Positions 31,105 to 42,477 are shown, numbered from the stretch's first letter. The stretch: DNA of 64,000 nt from Gammaproteobacteria bacterium (GCA_965238175.1 CBDEGZ010000003.1:1632001-1696000), one strand, 5' to 3'. Made by a program: numbers and translations. The notes: generated from the letters alone by a model not told the origin.

Positions 31105-32625
31105 ATGGTTATGACTCATCCAGGTTTGCCAGGAGTATGGGTGCTTGTCGCTATATTCGTCATGCTTTTTTTAATGCTCAGAGTATTTCGTACATCAGCA
31201 GCGCCAGTAATGACTGGCGCCCATATTAGTCTGATAGAGCTGCCCGTCATTAGTTTTATTATACGACGGTTAACCGCAAACCCCTGGCCATTAATTGGCT
31301 TGAAGATAATTATGGTATTTATTTTTTTGCTGGTGATCGCCGCAGGCCTGTTTGGGTCACCTATTCCTGAGCGTAATATCGCGACAGTATTGACCTGGAA
31401 CATCTGGTGGGCAGGGTTACTGGTCTCGGTTTTTTTTCTTGGTTCTGCCTGGTGTGCGATCTGTCCCTGGGACACCTTGTCCACCTGGATAGTGCGTCGG
31501 CGACTTTGGCAGCGTGCTCCAGCAAATGCCAGCTTGAACTTAAAAGTACCTCGCTGGTTGAGAAGTGTGTGGCCCGCACTGATCATGTTTATTGGTTTGA
31601 CCTGGCTTGAACTGGGCTTGGGAATTACAACTAATCCCTATTTGACGGCGGTTTTGGCTTTGATCATGGTGGTTATGGCGACGACATCATTAGCGATTTA
31701 TGAAGGCAAAGCTTTTTGCCGATATTTTTGTCCGGTTGGGAGAACGATAGGTTTTTATTCGCAGCTGGCGCCTGTTGAGTTAAGACCTATAGATACAGAT
31801 CTGTGTGTGAATTGCACCAGTCTTGCCTGCTATCACGGCACAAAAACGATTGAGCCATGCCCAACACATTTAGTCATGGGTAGACTGCAGCAAAATACCT
31901 ACTGTATTTCTTGTGGCAATTGCAGTCAAAGTTGTCCTGATCATAATATTGCCTGGCGATTACGTGCGCCGAGTAAAGAAGCAATACATAGCGCCAGACC
32001 GCATTGGGATGAAGCCTGGTTTATGCTTGGATTGCTGGCTTTAACCGGATTTCATGGCATTTCAATGATGCCATTTTTTGAAACTTGGCTGGGGCAAATT
32101 GCGCGTTTGATCAATGATTCAGGACAATTGTTATGGAGCTTCACGATTATCATGACAATTAGCATGGTGATCCCGGTTGTAATCTATTTGTTTGTGATCC
32201 GACTTACTCGACAGATCACGAGTTTTAAAGTCGACGATAAAAAGCTCTTCTCCGGATTTGCTTTTGCGACGTTGCCTCTAGCCTTTGCTTATCACCTGGC
32301 TCACAATCTTAATCACTTGCTGCGTGAAAATGGTGATCTTTCCGCACTCATCAGTAACCCATTGGGAGTCAACGCAATGCCTTTAAGTATGATGGAAAAG
32401 CATATGCGTCATACGGACATGTTGGTGCCTCAGATCTTATTAAACGGTTTGCAGACAGGTCTACTGGTGTTTGGCTTTTGGATTAGTTTGCAAGTAATTC
32501 GACATAGAGGTAATCACCTCATTAGTGCTACTGGCTGGAAATTATTGCCCATGATTACTTTTGCGATCGGTATAACCATCTTTCATTTCTGGTTATTGAT
32601 GCAACCAATGATCATGCGGATGTGA
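31105..32625 (+). CDS. Large membrane 4Fe-4S-binding protein (NapH/FesM-like)
   Basis: AWCAICPW, FCRYFCPVG, CISCGNCSQSCP; about 10 TM helices. Confidence 0.78.
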   Translation: MVMTHPGLPGVWVLVAIFVMLFLMLRVFRTSAAPVMTGAHISLIELPVISFIIRRLTANPWPLIGLKIIMVFIFLLVIAAGLFGSPIPERNIATVLTWNIWWAGLLVSVFFLGSAWCAICPWDTLSTWIVRRRLWQRAPANASLNLKVPRWLRSVWPALIMFIGLTWLELGLGITTNPYLTAVLALIMVVMATTSLAIYEGKAFCRYFCPVGRTIGFYSQLAPVELRPIDTDLCVNCTSLACYHGTKTIEPCPTHLVMGRLQQNTYCISCGNCSQSCPDHNIAWRLRAPSKEAIHSARPHWDEAWFMLGLLALTGFHGISMMPFFETWLGQIARLINDSGQLLWSFTIIMTISMVIPVVIYLFVIRLTRQITSFKVDDKKLFSGFAFATLPLAFAYHLAHNLNHLLRENGDLSALISNPLGVNAMPLSMMEKHMRHTDMLVPQILLNGLQTGLLVFGFWISLQVIRHRGNHLISATGWKLLPMITFAIGITIFHFWLLMQPMIMRM

Positions 32626-33266
32626 TCATGGAAAGGCGTGATTTTTTTTTAAAAGGTATCCAAAAAATAACACATACTGTTGTTGAGGCGGCTGAAGACC
32701 GTGTAGAAAAGCGCGCAACTCATTGGATACGTCCACCCTATGCAGTTGATGAACTTGATTTTCTGATCACATGCACGCGTTGTGATGACTGTATAAAAGC
32801 CTGTCCTTATGATGTGATTTTCCCCTTGGCGGCAAGGCTAGGTCCGTCAGTTGCAGCGACACCAGCATTGGATGTATTAAACAAGGGTTGTCACCTCTGT
32901 GAAGATTGGCCTTGCGTTAATGCCTGCCAGCCTGAGGCTCTTAAGATTCCAAAAATTATTACTGCAAGCTTGACCTCTGATCATGGAAAACAACCTGAAG
33001 AAATAGAGGTGCCAGCACCCAAAATGGCGATGGCCAGAATTGACATGCAGACATGTTTGCCCTATCAGGGTCCAGAATGTGGTGCCTGTGCGGCCAGTTG
33101 CCCTGTTTCTGGTGCGCTCAGTTTCAACATGACAAAACCAGAAATTGACCCTGATTTATGTACCGGATGCGGGCTATGTCGAGAAGTTTGTATCACCAGT
33201 CCTAAAGCGATTGAGATTGTTTCTTTGCAGAAGCCAGAGTGTGCGGAAAGTAAAGGAGCAGACTAA
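32622..33266 (+). CDS. NapF/NapG-like ferredoxin
   Basis: ERRDFF, IRPPYA, CTRCDDCIKACP and further Cys clusters. Confidence 0.75.
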   Translation: MIMERRDFFLKGIQKITHTVVEAAEDRVEKRATHWIRPPYAVDELDFLITCTRCDDCIKACPYDVIFPLAARLGPSVAATPALDVLNKGCHLCEDWPCVNACQPEALKIPKIITASLTSDHGKQPEEIEVPAPKMAMARIDMQTCLPYQGPECGACAASCPVSGALSFNMTKPEIDPDLCTGCGLCREVCITSPKAIEIVSLQKPECAESKGAD

Positions 33267-33469
33267 AAGGCTCTCTCGTTCGTTCCATTAAAAGTACATT
33301 CATTCCACCGTATTTAGTGTATCTGTATTTTTCGGATAAAAATTATTTCTTATAGCCGAGCCATCCTTTTTATAAGATAATTAGAACTATCCTCTGGCGA
33401 GCAAGTCTATAATGGGCCGCAAAAACTATTTGCCGATAATTACTTATTTTGATCCACTAAGATTCTATA

Positions 33470-34150
33470 ATGAAAAAAATCGTCCTTATTATATTAATAG
33501 CAATGTCTGTCATTCTATTTTTTGTTTTTGATTTAGGACAATACTTCAATCTTGAATACCTGAAGTCGCAAAGACAGGCAATCGAAGATTTTAATCAAGC
33601 CCAACCTCTTTTGACTATGCTGATTTATTTTATTGTCTACATTTTTATGGCAGCACTTTCACTACCCGGTGCTGCTATTTTGACGTTGGCAGGTGGCGCT
33701 GTTTTTGGATTATTGAAAGGAACCCTGCTAGTGTCCTTTGCATCGACAATAGGAGCAACGCTGGCATTTTTGATCTCACGAACTTTGTTACGTGATTTCA
33801 CCCAAAACAGATTTGGCGATTTTTTAACTTCATTCAATGAAGGGATAAACAAGGATGGTGCTTTTTATCTTTTCAGTTTACGTCTCGTTCCTTTATTTCC
33901 TTTTTTTGTCGTAAATTTGGTTATGGGATTAACACCTTTAAAAACATCAACCTTTTATTGGGTTAGTCAAATTGGAATGCTTGTTGGAACGATTGTTTAT
34001 GTAAATGCCGGTACTCAGTTAGCTCAAATCGAATCATTATCAGGCATTCTTACACCAGAATTAATAGGATCATTTGTGTTGCTAGGTGTCTTTCCATTAT
34101 TAGCCAAAAAGACAATAGAATTTTATAAAAGGAATTACTATGGATCCTGA
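33470..34150 (+). CDS. TVP38/TMEM64 (DedA-like) membrane protein
   Basis: LSLPGAAILTLAGG, LRLVPLFPFFVVNL. Confidence 0.88.
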   Translation: MKKIVLIILIAMSVILFFVFDLGQYFNLEYLKSQRQAIEDFNQAQPLLTMLIYFIVYIFMAALSLPGAAILTLAGGAVFGLLKGTLLVSFASTIGATLAFLISRTLLRDFTQNRFGDFLTSFNEGINKDGAFYLFSLRLVPLFPFFVVNLVMGLTPLKTSTFYWVSQIGMLVGTIVYVNAGTQLAQIESLSGILTPELIGSFVLLGVFPLLAKKTIEFYKRNYYGS

Positions 34151-35606
34151 AAGAAAATATCCAAAACCGAAAAGATTTGATCGCGATATTGTAATTATCG
34201 GTGCTGGTGCCGGAGGGTTAGTCAGCGCTTTAATTGGGACTACCGTAAATGCAAAAGTAAGTTTGATCGAAAAAAACAAGATGGGCGGCGATTGTTTGAA
34301 TACAGGTTGTGTACCCTCTAAGGCGCTTATTCGTTCGGCCAAATGGTTACAACAAACAAAACGAGCTAATGAGTTTGGTTTTGAGTCTGCCGACATCAAA
34401 TTTAATTTTGTCGATGTAATGAAACGCGTTCATAGGATCATCAAAACGATCGAGCCTGCAGATTCTGTTGAGAGATTCACCAATTTAGGGGTTGATTGCA
34501 TAAAGGGTGAGGCAAAAATCACATCACCCTATAGTGTCAAAGTTAATGGTAATACGTTGACAACACGAAATATTATAATTGCTGCAGGCGCAAGACCTTT
34601 TGTACCACCTATAGAAGGTATTGAAGAGGTAGACTTTCTTACTTCAGATACACTTTGGGAACTAAAAGAATTACCCCATCGGCTTGTTGTTTTAGGGGGT
34701 GGGCCTATAGGTTGTGAACTAACTCAATCATTTGCTCGTTTGGGTAGTAAAGTCACGCAAGTAGAAATGATGCCGAGAATAATGGGGCGTGAAGATCCTG
34801 AAGTATCTGACTTTATTACGAATCGTTTTCAGAATGAAGGTGTTGATGTTCTGGTTGATCACAAAGCCAGAAATATTGTGATCGAAAACGGAAATAAAAT
34901 AATTATTTGTGCACATAAGGGAAATGAAATTAGAGTAGAGTTTGATCAATTACTTGTGGCCGTAGGTCGAGAAGCTAGAGTTGAAAATTATGGATTAGAC
35001 GATCTTGAAATAAAACTTACTAGCAAAAACACCATAGAAGTAAATGATTTTCTGCAAACGAACTATTCGAATATTTATGCGGTAGGTGATGTTGCAGGGC
35101 CATATCAATTTACGCATACGGCTTCACACATGGCCTGGTATGCAGCAGTGAATGCCTTATTTGGTCGCTTTAAAAAGTTTCGTGTTGATTACTCGGTTAT
35201 TCCCTGGGCAACATATACGGATCCAGAAGTTGCTCGTGTAGGCTTGAATGAGCAGGAAGCAACCGAAAAGGGAATTAAATACGAAATAACAAAATATGAT
35301 ATAGAACATTTAGATCGAGCTATTACTGATGAAGAAGCTAATGGGTTTGTAAAGGTTTTAACCGTACCGGGTAAAGACAAAATACTTGGCGTTACAATCA
35401 TGGGTGAACATGCCGGTGATTTGATTGCAGAATATGTAATGGCAATGAAGCATAAGCTTGGTTTAAATAAGATCCTTGGAACTATTCATATCTATCCGAC
35501 ATTGGCTGAAGCAAATAAGTATGCTGCTGGCGAATGGAAAAAATCTCATGCACCAGAATTTGTTTTGAAAATGCTAAAACATTTTTTTAATTGGAGGCGA
35601 GGTTAA
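34140..35606 (+). CDS. Class I pyridine nucleotide-disulfide oxidoreductase
   Basis: GAGAGG, GGDCLNTGCVPSK, GGGPIGCE, IHIYPTLAE. Confidence 0.88.
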   Translation: MDPERKYPKPKRFDRDIVIIGAGAGGLVSALIGTTVNAKVSLIEKNKMGGDCLNTGCVPSKALIRSAKWLQQTKRANEFGFESADIKFNFVDVMKRVHRIIKTIEPADSVERFTNLGVDCIKGEAKITSPYSVKVNGNTLTTRNIIIAAGARPFVPPIEGIEEVDFLTSDTLWELKELPHRLVVLGGGPIGCELTQSFARLGSKVTQVEMMPRIMGREDPEVSDFITNRFQNEGVDVLVDHKARNIVIENGNKIIICAHKGNEIRVEFDQLLVAVGREARVENYGLDDLEIKLTSKNTIEVNDFLQTNYSNIYAVGDVAGPYQFTHTASHMAWYAAVNALFGRFKKFRVDYSVIPWATYTDPEVARVGLNEQEATEKGIKYEITKYDIEHLDRAITDEEANGFVKVLTVPGKDKILGVTIMGEHAGDLIAEYVMAMKHKLGLNKILGTIHIYPTLAEANKYAAGEWKKSHAPEFVLKMLKHFFNWRRG

Positions 35607-35682
35607 ATATCTCTGTTGATACTAATCAAATTATGTACGTTTGCAAGGCCTAATAAAGCTCTAATTTAAAGAAACCTTCCAT

Positions 35683-37455
35683 TTGGCCGCCATTATTGAG
35701 TATAGATCTCAATTTATAGGAAAGATGGTGCGCATAATACGTTTGTTGATAATGTTGTTTTGTATGCAGACTATGATCAGTCAGGCTGCAGACTCATCTG
35801 AGCCTAATAAATCTGCTCCTAAGATTGATGTGCGTGTGATCATCGATATTTCTGGGAGTATGAAAAAAAATGATCCGAAAAATTTACGTGTCCCTGCCTT
35901 AAAACTATTAGTTGGCTTGTTGCCAGAAGGTGTTAACACGGGTGTCTGGACTTTTGGTACAAAAGTAAAGCCGCTAGTAAAACATGGAATTGTCGATAAA
36001 AAATGGAAAGCAAGAGCCAACAAGGCAGTCAGAAAGATTAGCTCAAGAGATCTGTATACTAATGTTGAAAGTGCTTTAAAAATTGTTGCACAGGATTGGG
36101 ATGAAGATGATACTGAGACAAAAAGAAATATCATTTTATTAACTGATGGTATGGTTGATGTATCTAAAAAACAAGAAATTAGTGATCAATCCAGGCAACG
36201 AATCATAGACGAAGTATTACCAATATTACAAAACAAAAATGTAACAATAAATACAATTTCCTTATCTGAAAATGCCGATCTTGAATTAATGGATGCTTTG
36301 GCTATTGGAACTGATGGATGGTCAGAACAAGTCAATGAGGCAGAACAATTACAACGTGTGTTCTTACACATGTTTGAAAAATCCGCACCGCGAGATACAG
36401 TGCCATTAGAGGATAATAAATTTACGATTGATAAAATGATCGAAGAATTTACGCTACTTGTATTTAGGAATAATGATGTAAAACAGACAACAATTACTCC
36501 ACCAAAAGGTGAGAAGTTTGATCGTAAATCAAGGCCGAAAAATATCGCATGGCTTGAGGAGAGTGGCTACGATCTGATCACCATAACTAAACCGACAGCA
36601 GGCATTTGGGAAATTGATGCGGATATTGATCCAGACAACCGGGTTATGGTTGTTACAAAATTAAAATTGTACACTTCAGATATACCCAATACTATTTTTC
36701 TTGGAGAAGAATATGATTATAAATTTTGGGTAACATCTGACGAAGAGAAAATTAAAAAAGATGCTTTTTATGAATTGATTGAAATGAAAATGACACAAGC
36801 TTCAGGTGGGAGCATTGAAGAAGTTTGGGATATTGAAAAACGCAATAATGATAATGAATTTATAAATCGAGTAGGTAAAACATTCAGCGTTGGAAAAATG
36901 GAATTGAGCGTTATTATTGATGGTAAAACGTTTAAGCGTCAACATAAACAGACAATCAATGTTTATGAACAAATTTATGATCTGGAGGATGAATCAAAAC
37001 AACGTCCTAATGGTGACAATCTATATCAGCTTCGAATAATTCCAAAACAAAAAATCTTAAATCTTAGCACCTTTAAAGCGACCGCCAATATAACTGAACC
37101 TGATGGAACTAATAATCAAGTCGAGGCAAAAATGGTGTTAAGGGGAAATGCATGGTTAGTTACTATAAATGATCCTCAGCCCGGTCAATATACAGTTGTC
37201 TTAGATGTTGAAACAAAAACGAAAAGTGATCGAAGGGTGACTGTAACTTCAGATCCAATAAACTTTGGTGAGCCTATTGTAGAAGAAGTTAATGATGAAG
37301 AGGAGCCAAAAGAAATCATTGAAGAAACGGTTGAAGAAACCGATTGGATAAAAATTGGAATAATTCTAATAGTTTTTAATCTTATCTTATTTAGTTTGAT
37401 TGCAGGAGTTTTTATTTTTTTGAAAAAAAGGAAAGGTTGTGGAATCAGAGGATGA
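35683..37455 (+). CDS. Membrane-anchored vWA-domain protein (TIGR03503-like)
   Basis: MIDAS DISGSM, LLTDGMVD, RDTVPLEDNKFTID, C-terminal TM. Confidence 0.78.
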   Translation: MAAIIEYRSQFIGKMVRIIRLLIMLFCMQTMISQAADSSEPNKSAPKIDVRVIIDISGSMKKNDPKNLRVPALKLLVGLLPEGVNTGVWTFGTKVKPLVKHGIVDKKWKARANKAVRKISSRDLYTNVESALKIVAQDWDEDDTETKRNIILLTDGMVDVSKKQEISDQSRQRIIDEVLPILQNKNVTINTISLSENADLELMDALAIGTDGWSEQVNEAEQLQRVFLHMFEKSAPRDTVPLEDNKFTIDKMIEEFTLLVFRNNDVKQTTITPPKGEKFDRKSRPKNIAWLEESGYDLITITKPTAGIWEIDADIDPDNRVMVVTKLKLYTSDIPNTIFLGEEYDYKFWVTSDEEKIKKDAFYELIEMKMTQASGGSIEEVWDIEKRNNDNEFINRVGKTFSVGKMELSVIIDGKTFKRQHKQTINVYEQIYDLEDESKQRPNGDNLYQLRIIPKQKILNLSTFKATANITEPDGTNNQVEAKMVLRGNAWLVTINDPQPGQYTVVLDVETKTKSDRRVTVTSDPINFGEPIVEEVNDEEEPKEIIEETVEETDWIKIGIILIVFNLILFSLIAGVFIFLKKRKGCGIRG

Positions 37456-37458
37456 ATT

Positions 37459-38796
37459 ATGAATGGTTCCACATTACAAACCTTGTTAATTGTCGCCGGG
37501 GCAGAGTTTTGTTTTGCACTGTTATTTCTATGCATTTTTATGATCTGGCGTAAAGTGAAAGCTAAAAAAGAAGATTTAAAAGCTGCAAAAAGTTTGATTG
37601 AAAATGTAAAACAAATAGAACCAGGTCGTAGAGACTCATTGCTTAAGGTGTTTGGTGAATGTTATGAAATGGATGAAGAGGAGCTAAATACTGCAGTTGA
37701 TGAGTTTCTTAATCGCGAACGTGCATTTTATAAAACGATGATTTCCGTTTATGTAGATCGAGATACGGAAGAATTCTCAAAGTTATCTGGGGCATTGATT
37801 GAGATGGTAAAACCATACTCGGATCTTGCTCTTTCAGTCGAACTTTCTACGGATCCTGAAGAGTTGGAAGCTCTACAAGCACAGAACAAAGAACTTGGTA
37901 AAGAACTGGATGAATCTAAAAAAGTGATGGATGAATTGCTTTCAGAATACAATGCTAGCTTTGATAAAGAGGGTGAAGGAAAATCGCCTGAAGCAGTTCA
38001 GGAAAATAAAACAAATAGTGATTCTGGTGAGGAAGAGGGAGAAGAACTATCAGTCAGTGAAAATGTAGAAGCTCCCCAAAAAGGGGATGAAATAGAAGTA
38101 GAAATAGAAATAGAAATAGAAGAACCTTCTGCGACAAAAGATGAAATAGAAATAGATGAAATTTCTGAGATAGAGGATGAAATAGAAATAGATGAAATTT
38201 CTGAAATAGAAGATAAAATAGAAATAGACGAAATTTCTGAGATAGAGGATGAAATAGAAATAGACGAAGTTTCTGAGATAGAGGATGAAATAGAAATAGA
38301 CGAAGTTTCTGAGATAGAGGATGAAATAGAAATAGACGAAATTTCTGAGATAGAGGATGAAATAGAAATAGACGAAATTTCTGAGATAGAAGATGAAATA
38401 GAAATAGACGAAGTTTCTGAGATAGAGGATGAAATAGAAATAGACGAAGTTTCTGAGATAGAGGATGAAATAGAAATAGACGAAGTTTCTGAGATAGAAG
38501 ATGAAAATAATATAACTGAAGATATTGTTTCAGAAATAATAGCTGACGATGACGTAAATATAGAAGAAGATAATTCTAACAATGATATAGAAGCAGAACT
38601 TGCGGATGCTGGACAAATCGATCTTACTGCAGATATTAAAATAGAAGAAACCGAAATCGAGTCTGCCGCTGATGAAATTGATATTCCGACAGATATTAGT
38701 ATTGAAGAAGAAATTCAGGTTGAAACAAAAAATAATAATGAAATAGAAATAGCTTTAGATGAAATAGACATTGAGCTAGAGTCAGAAATTGTTTGA
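37459..38796 (+). CDS. Membrane-anchored highly acidic repeat protein
   Basis: N-terminal TM, coiled coil, Asp/Glu-rich tail with 12-aa repeats. Confidence 0.7.
   Translation: MNGSTLQTLLIVAGAEFCFALLFLCIFMIWRKVKAKKEDLKAAKSLIENVKQIEPGRRDSLLKVFGECYEMDEEELNTAVDEFLNRERAFYKTMISVYVDRDTEEFSKLSGALIEMVKPYSDLALSVELSTDPEELEALQAQNKELGKELDESKKVMDELLSEYNASFDKEGEGKSPEAVQENKTNSDSGEEEGEELSVSENVEAPQKGDEIEVEIEIEIEEPSATKDEIEIDEISEIEDEIEIDEISEIEDKIEIDEISEIEDEIEIDEVSEIEDEIEIDEVSEIEDEIEIDEISEIEDEIEIDEISEIEDEIEIDEVSEIEDEIEIDEVSEIEDEIEIDEVSEIEDENNITEDIVSEIIADDDVNIEEDNSNNDIEAELADAGQIDLTADIKIEETEIESAADEIDIPTDISIEEEIQVETKNNNEIEIALDEIDIELESEIV
38140..38499 (+). repeat. Coding tandem repeat, 10 x 36 bp (DEIEIDE[I/V]SEIE)
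   Basis: Unit GATGAAATAGAAATAGACGAA(A/G)TTTCTGAGATAGA(G/A) repeated head-to-tail. Confidence 0.92.
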
Positions 38797-38959
38797 TATT
38801 TAATTTAATAAGTCGTAGTAGTACATAGCTTGATGGTCTTTTTAAAGAGGATATTGATTAGTAGAACAAACCATCTGATGTGATCGATCAAACCATGTGA
38901 TACCTATAGCTAATGAACAGGTAACTGAACTGCAAGATCAAGTTTTAATTTCTACATAT

Positions 38960-38990
38960 AAACCCCAGCTATTTGTTATAACTGGGGTTT
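38960..38990 (-). terminator. Intrinsic terminator after the tRNA pair
   Basis: AAACCCCAG...CTGGGGTTT hairpin. Confidence 0.65.
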
Positions 38991-38995
38991 TGGTA

Positions 38996-39071
38996 TGGCG
39001 TCCCCAAGGGGATTCGAACCCCTGTTGCCGCCGTGAAAGGGCAGTGTCCTAGGCCTCTAGACGATGGGGAC
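38996..39071 (-). tRNA. tRNA-Glu(TTC)
   Basis: Reverse complement GTCCCCATCGTCTAGAGGCCTAGGAC...CTTTCAC...GGTTCGAATCCCCTTGGGGACGCCA, 76 nt. Confidence 0.97.
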
Positions 39072-39107
39072 AGTAAACTGTCATTAATCAGATCATAAAA
39101 ATGATTC

Positions 39108-39183
<76 letters not shown>

Positions 39184-39324
39184 TGATTGAGGCGGCAAAT
39201 TTACGCTAGTGAACCTTTTTCGTCAAGGGATTTCTGGACTTTTTTGGCCGCTTTGCAAAGACAACAGTCAGCACGATTAACTTAGTCGAAATATTACTTC
39301 ATTTCTGTTCAAGGTTAGCTGAAT

Positions 39325-41013
39325 TTAGCTTTTATTTTCAATTTTTGCCCAAGTATCGCGCAGGGTGACAGTACGGTTGAAAACAGGTTTTTCTGAGCTG
39401 AAAAGTTGTTCATCCGCACAGAAGTAACCTTCTCTCTCAAATTGATAAACGGCACCTGGCTTAACTTCGGCCAAACTTGGTTCTACCATAGCATGTGTGA
39501 TTGTTCGTAGTGAATCAAGGTTTAGATGAGCCATAAAGTCATCCATTTCTTTATCAGTATCAGGCTGAGGATGATCGAATAGTCTATCGTAAAGTCTAAC
39601 TTTGGCTTGAAGCCCATATTCAGCAGAAACCCAATGAATAACCCCTTTAACCTTGCGACCTTCCGGTGCAGTACCTAAAGTGGCTTGATCATAAGTACAG
39701 TGTAATTCGATAATTTCGTTTTGATCATTTTTGATCACATCATTGCAGCGGATCACATAAGCATTTCTAAGTCGGACTTCTTTGTCTTTGACTAAGCGTT
39801 TAAATTTGTTATTTGCTTGTTCACGAAAATCTTCTTTATCGATATAAATCTCACGACTAAAGGGCACAACGCGACTTCCCATACTTTCATTTTGGGGATG
39901 ATTAGCGGCGATCAAATCTTCTGTTTGTCCTTGCGGATAATTGGTGATCACAATCTTAAGTGGGTTTAAAACAGCCATTGCTCTTGGCGCATTTTCATTT
40001 AACTCTTCGCGAATACAAGCCTCTAAGGTCTCCATTTCAATTGAGTTATCCGCTTTGGTTACACCAATTCGATGACAAAATTCGCGTATCGCACTGGCTG
40101 GATAGCCACGTCGTCGCATTCCGGAAATTGTCGACATCCGTGGATCATCCCAACCCTCGACAGCACCATCTGCAACGAGTTTGGTTAACTTGCGTTTACT
40201 GGTGATCGCATATTGAAGATTCAATCGTGAAAACTCGATCTGTTGTGGATGATTGTCAGTTTTCAAGGTATCAAGAAACCAGTTATAAAGTGGTCGGTGA
40301 TCTTCAAATTCCAAGGTGCAAATAGAATGCGTTATTCCTTCGATCGCATCAGATAGACAATGTGTGTAGTCGTACATTGGATAAATACACCACTCAGTTC
40401 CCGTTTGATGGTGAACAACGCCATGACGAATTCGATAGATGGCCGGATCACGCAGATTAATATTTGGTGAAGCCATATCGATTTTTGCGCGTAGTAGTTT
40501 TGCTCCATCAGGGAATTCACCAGCGCGCATACGCGTAAAAAGATCAACATTCTCTTCAACCGTACGATCACGATAAGGACTGTTTTTGCCTGGATCGGTC
40601 AGCGTTCCGCGGTATTCACGCATTTCTTCAGCCGTTAGATCACAAACATAGGCATCACCTTGTTTAATCAGTTGTACGGCATAATCGTAGAGTTGTTCAA
40701 AATAATTCGAGGCAAAAAACTGACGATCATCCCAGTCGAAACCTAGCCATTGAACATCTTTTTTGATCGCATCAACAAATTCTTCATCTTCTTTGCTTGG
40801 GTTTGTATCATCAAAACGTAAATTACAAAGCCCCTTATAATCCAGGGCTAAGCCAAAGTTCAGACAAATTGATTTCGCATGTCCAATGTGTAGGTATCCA
40901 TTTGGTTCAGGCGGAAAACGTGTATGCACATGCCCGCCATTTTTATTAACCGTCAGATCGCTATCAATAATATTACGGATAAAGTTACTCGTTTTTGTGA
41001 CTTCTTCACTCAT
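39325..41013 (-). CDS. glnS: Glutamine--tRNA ligase
   Basis: [41 protein letters not shown]. Confidence 0.97.
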   Translation of the reverse strand: MSEEVTKTSNFIRNIIDSDLTVNKNGGHVHTRFPPEPNGYLHIGHAKSICLNFGLALDYKGLCNLRFDDTNPSKEDEEFVDAIKKDVQWLGFDWDDRQFFASNYFEQLYDYAVQLIKQGDAYVCDLTAEEMREYRGTLTDPGKNSPYRDRTVEENVDLFTRMRAGEFPDGAKLLRAKIDMASPNINLRDPAIYRIRHGVVHHQTGTEWCIYPMYDYTHCLSDAIEGITHSICTLEFEDHRPLYNWFLDTLKTDNHPQQIEFSRLNLQYAITSKRKLTKLVADGAVEGWDDPRMSTISGMRRRGYPASAIREFCHRIGVTKADNSIEMETLEACIREELNENAPRAMAVLNPLKIVITNYPQGQTEDLIAANHPQNESMGSRVVPFSREIYIDKEDFREQANNKFKRLVKDKEVRLRNAYVIRCNDVIKNDQNEIIELHCTYDQATLGTAPEGRKVKGVIHWVSAEYGLQAKVRLYDRLFDHPQPDTDKEMDDFMAHLNLDSLRTITHAMVEPSLAEVKPGAVYQFEREGYFCADEQLFSSEKPVFNRTVTLRDTWAKIENKS

Positions 41014-41043
41014 ATTTTATTTGACCCATATTTAACTCAATCA

Positions 41044-42477
41044 TTAAGTGCTAGCGATACGTTCTTCAATATAACCTAAAGCAAGTTTTATGCGATCAAG
41101 ACTTGCAGTTTTTCCAACAATTTGTAAAGTGATATCAATGCTGGGTGAAGAGGAACGGCCAACAACTGCGACGCGTAATGGTTGACCGACTTTACCCATA
41201 TTTACCTCTAGTGCTTCTGCAACTTCAATAATACATTGATGCAAAGATTCTTTTGTCCAGTCTTGCAATGATTCCAATTTTTCATAAACCTTCTCTAAAG
41301 GTTCTTTTGCGACAGGTCGTAACGTTTTTTTCGCCGCCTTCTCATCAAATCCTTCGGCGATCCAATTTCCGGCAACCATTCTGTTGGCTTCTTCATGCAT
41401 TTCTTTAAGCGTCATTATGCGTTCTTGCAGTGCTTCTGCAAGTACCATTTGGATATCAACACCGTCAGTATTTTCTTTAATGGATGACAGGTTCATCGCT
41501 AGTTGATACTGATCAAATCGTTCCACTAATTCATCAACAGATAATTTTTGAATATACTGTTGATTAATCCACAAGAGTTTATCGGTATCAAAACTGGCCG
41601 CAGATTTATTCACATCTTTTACGTCAAATAACGCGATCATTTCTTCGATACTAAATATTTCTTGATCGCCATGTGACCAGCTGAGTCGTACCAGATAATT
41701 CAATAAAGCTTCCGGCAAAAAACCATTATCACGATATTGCATAACACTCACGGCACCGTGACGTTTAGATAAACGTGAGCCGTCATCACCGAGGATCATC
41801 GGCAAATGTGCAAAAATAGGTTGTTCAAGATCTAAGGCTTTCATCATATTGATCTGACGTGGCGTATTATTTAGATGATCATCACCCCGGATCACATGCG
41901 AAATACCCATTTCGGTATCATCAACAACAACCGTCAAATTGTATGTTGGTGATCCATCGGTTCGGCGAATGATCAGATCGTCCAGTTCACTATTATTAAA
42001 CACGACTCTGCCACGTACCATGTCATCGACATCTACTGAACCTTCATCGGGATTAAGAAAACGCACTACATGCGGCTTGTCAGGATCAATTTCTTTTCCA
42101 TAGCAATGTCGGTCATAACGAGGTTTAAGTTTGTTCGCCATTTGTTCTTCACGTAAGGCATCTAGACGTTCGCGTGAACAGTCACATCGATAGGCATGGC
42201 CTTTAGTAAATAATTCATCGATTACTTCGTTATAACGATCAAATCGTTGTGTTTGATAAAACGGCCCTTCGTCGTGTTCAAGCCCTAACCAGGACATACC
42301 TTCTAGAATGGCATCTACAGATTCTTGAGTAGAACGTTCGAGATCAGTATCCTCAATACGAAGGACGAATTTGCCGTTGCTTTTACGTGCATAAAGCCAG
42401 GAAAAAAGTGCGGTACGTGCACCACCAACGTGAAGATAACCAGTAGGACTGGGAGCAAAACGAGTTTTAATTGTCAT
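41044..42477 (-). CDS. gltX: Glutamate--tRNA ligase
   Basis: [29 protein letters not shown]. Confidence 0.97.
   Translation of the reverse strand: MTIKTRFAPSPTGYLHVGGARTALFSWLYARKSNGKFVLRIEDTDLERSTQESVDAILEGMSWLGLEHDEGPFYQTQRFDRYNEVIDELFTKGHAYRCDCSRERLDALREEQMANKLKPRYDRHCYGKEIDPDKPHVVRFLNPDEGSVDVDDMVRGRVVFNNSELDDLIIRRTDGSPTYNLTVVVDDTEMGISHVIRGDDHLNNTPRQINMMKALDLEQPIFAHLPMILGDDGSRLSKRHGAVSVMQYRDNGFLPEALLNYLVRLSWSHGDQEIFSIEEMIALFDVKDVNKSAASFDTDKLLWINQQYIQKLSVDELVERFDQYQLAMNLSSIKENTDGVDIQMVLAEALQERIMTLKEMHEEANRMVAGNWIAEGFDEKAAKKTLRPVAKEPLEKVYEKLESLQDWTKESLHQCIIEVAEALEVNMGKVGQPLRVAVVGRSSSPSIDITLQIVGKTASLDRIKLALGYIEERIAST

Noticed and set aside
34140-35606. Mercuric reductase merA
   Set aside because: No C-terminal Cys-Cys pair, no NmerA domain and no mer genes
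38140-38499. 36-bp repeats as a CRISPR array
   Set aside because: Units are head-to-tail with no spacers, in frame within a CDS, and there are no cas genes
37998-38582. 194-aa Ser/Ile-rich minus-strand ORF
   Set aside because: Antisense shadow of the acidic repeat
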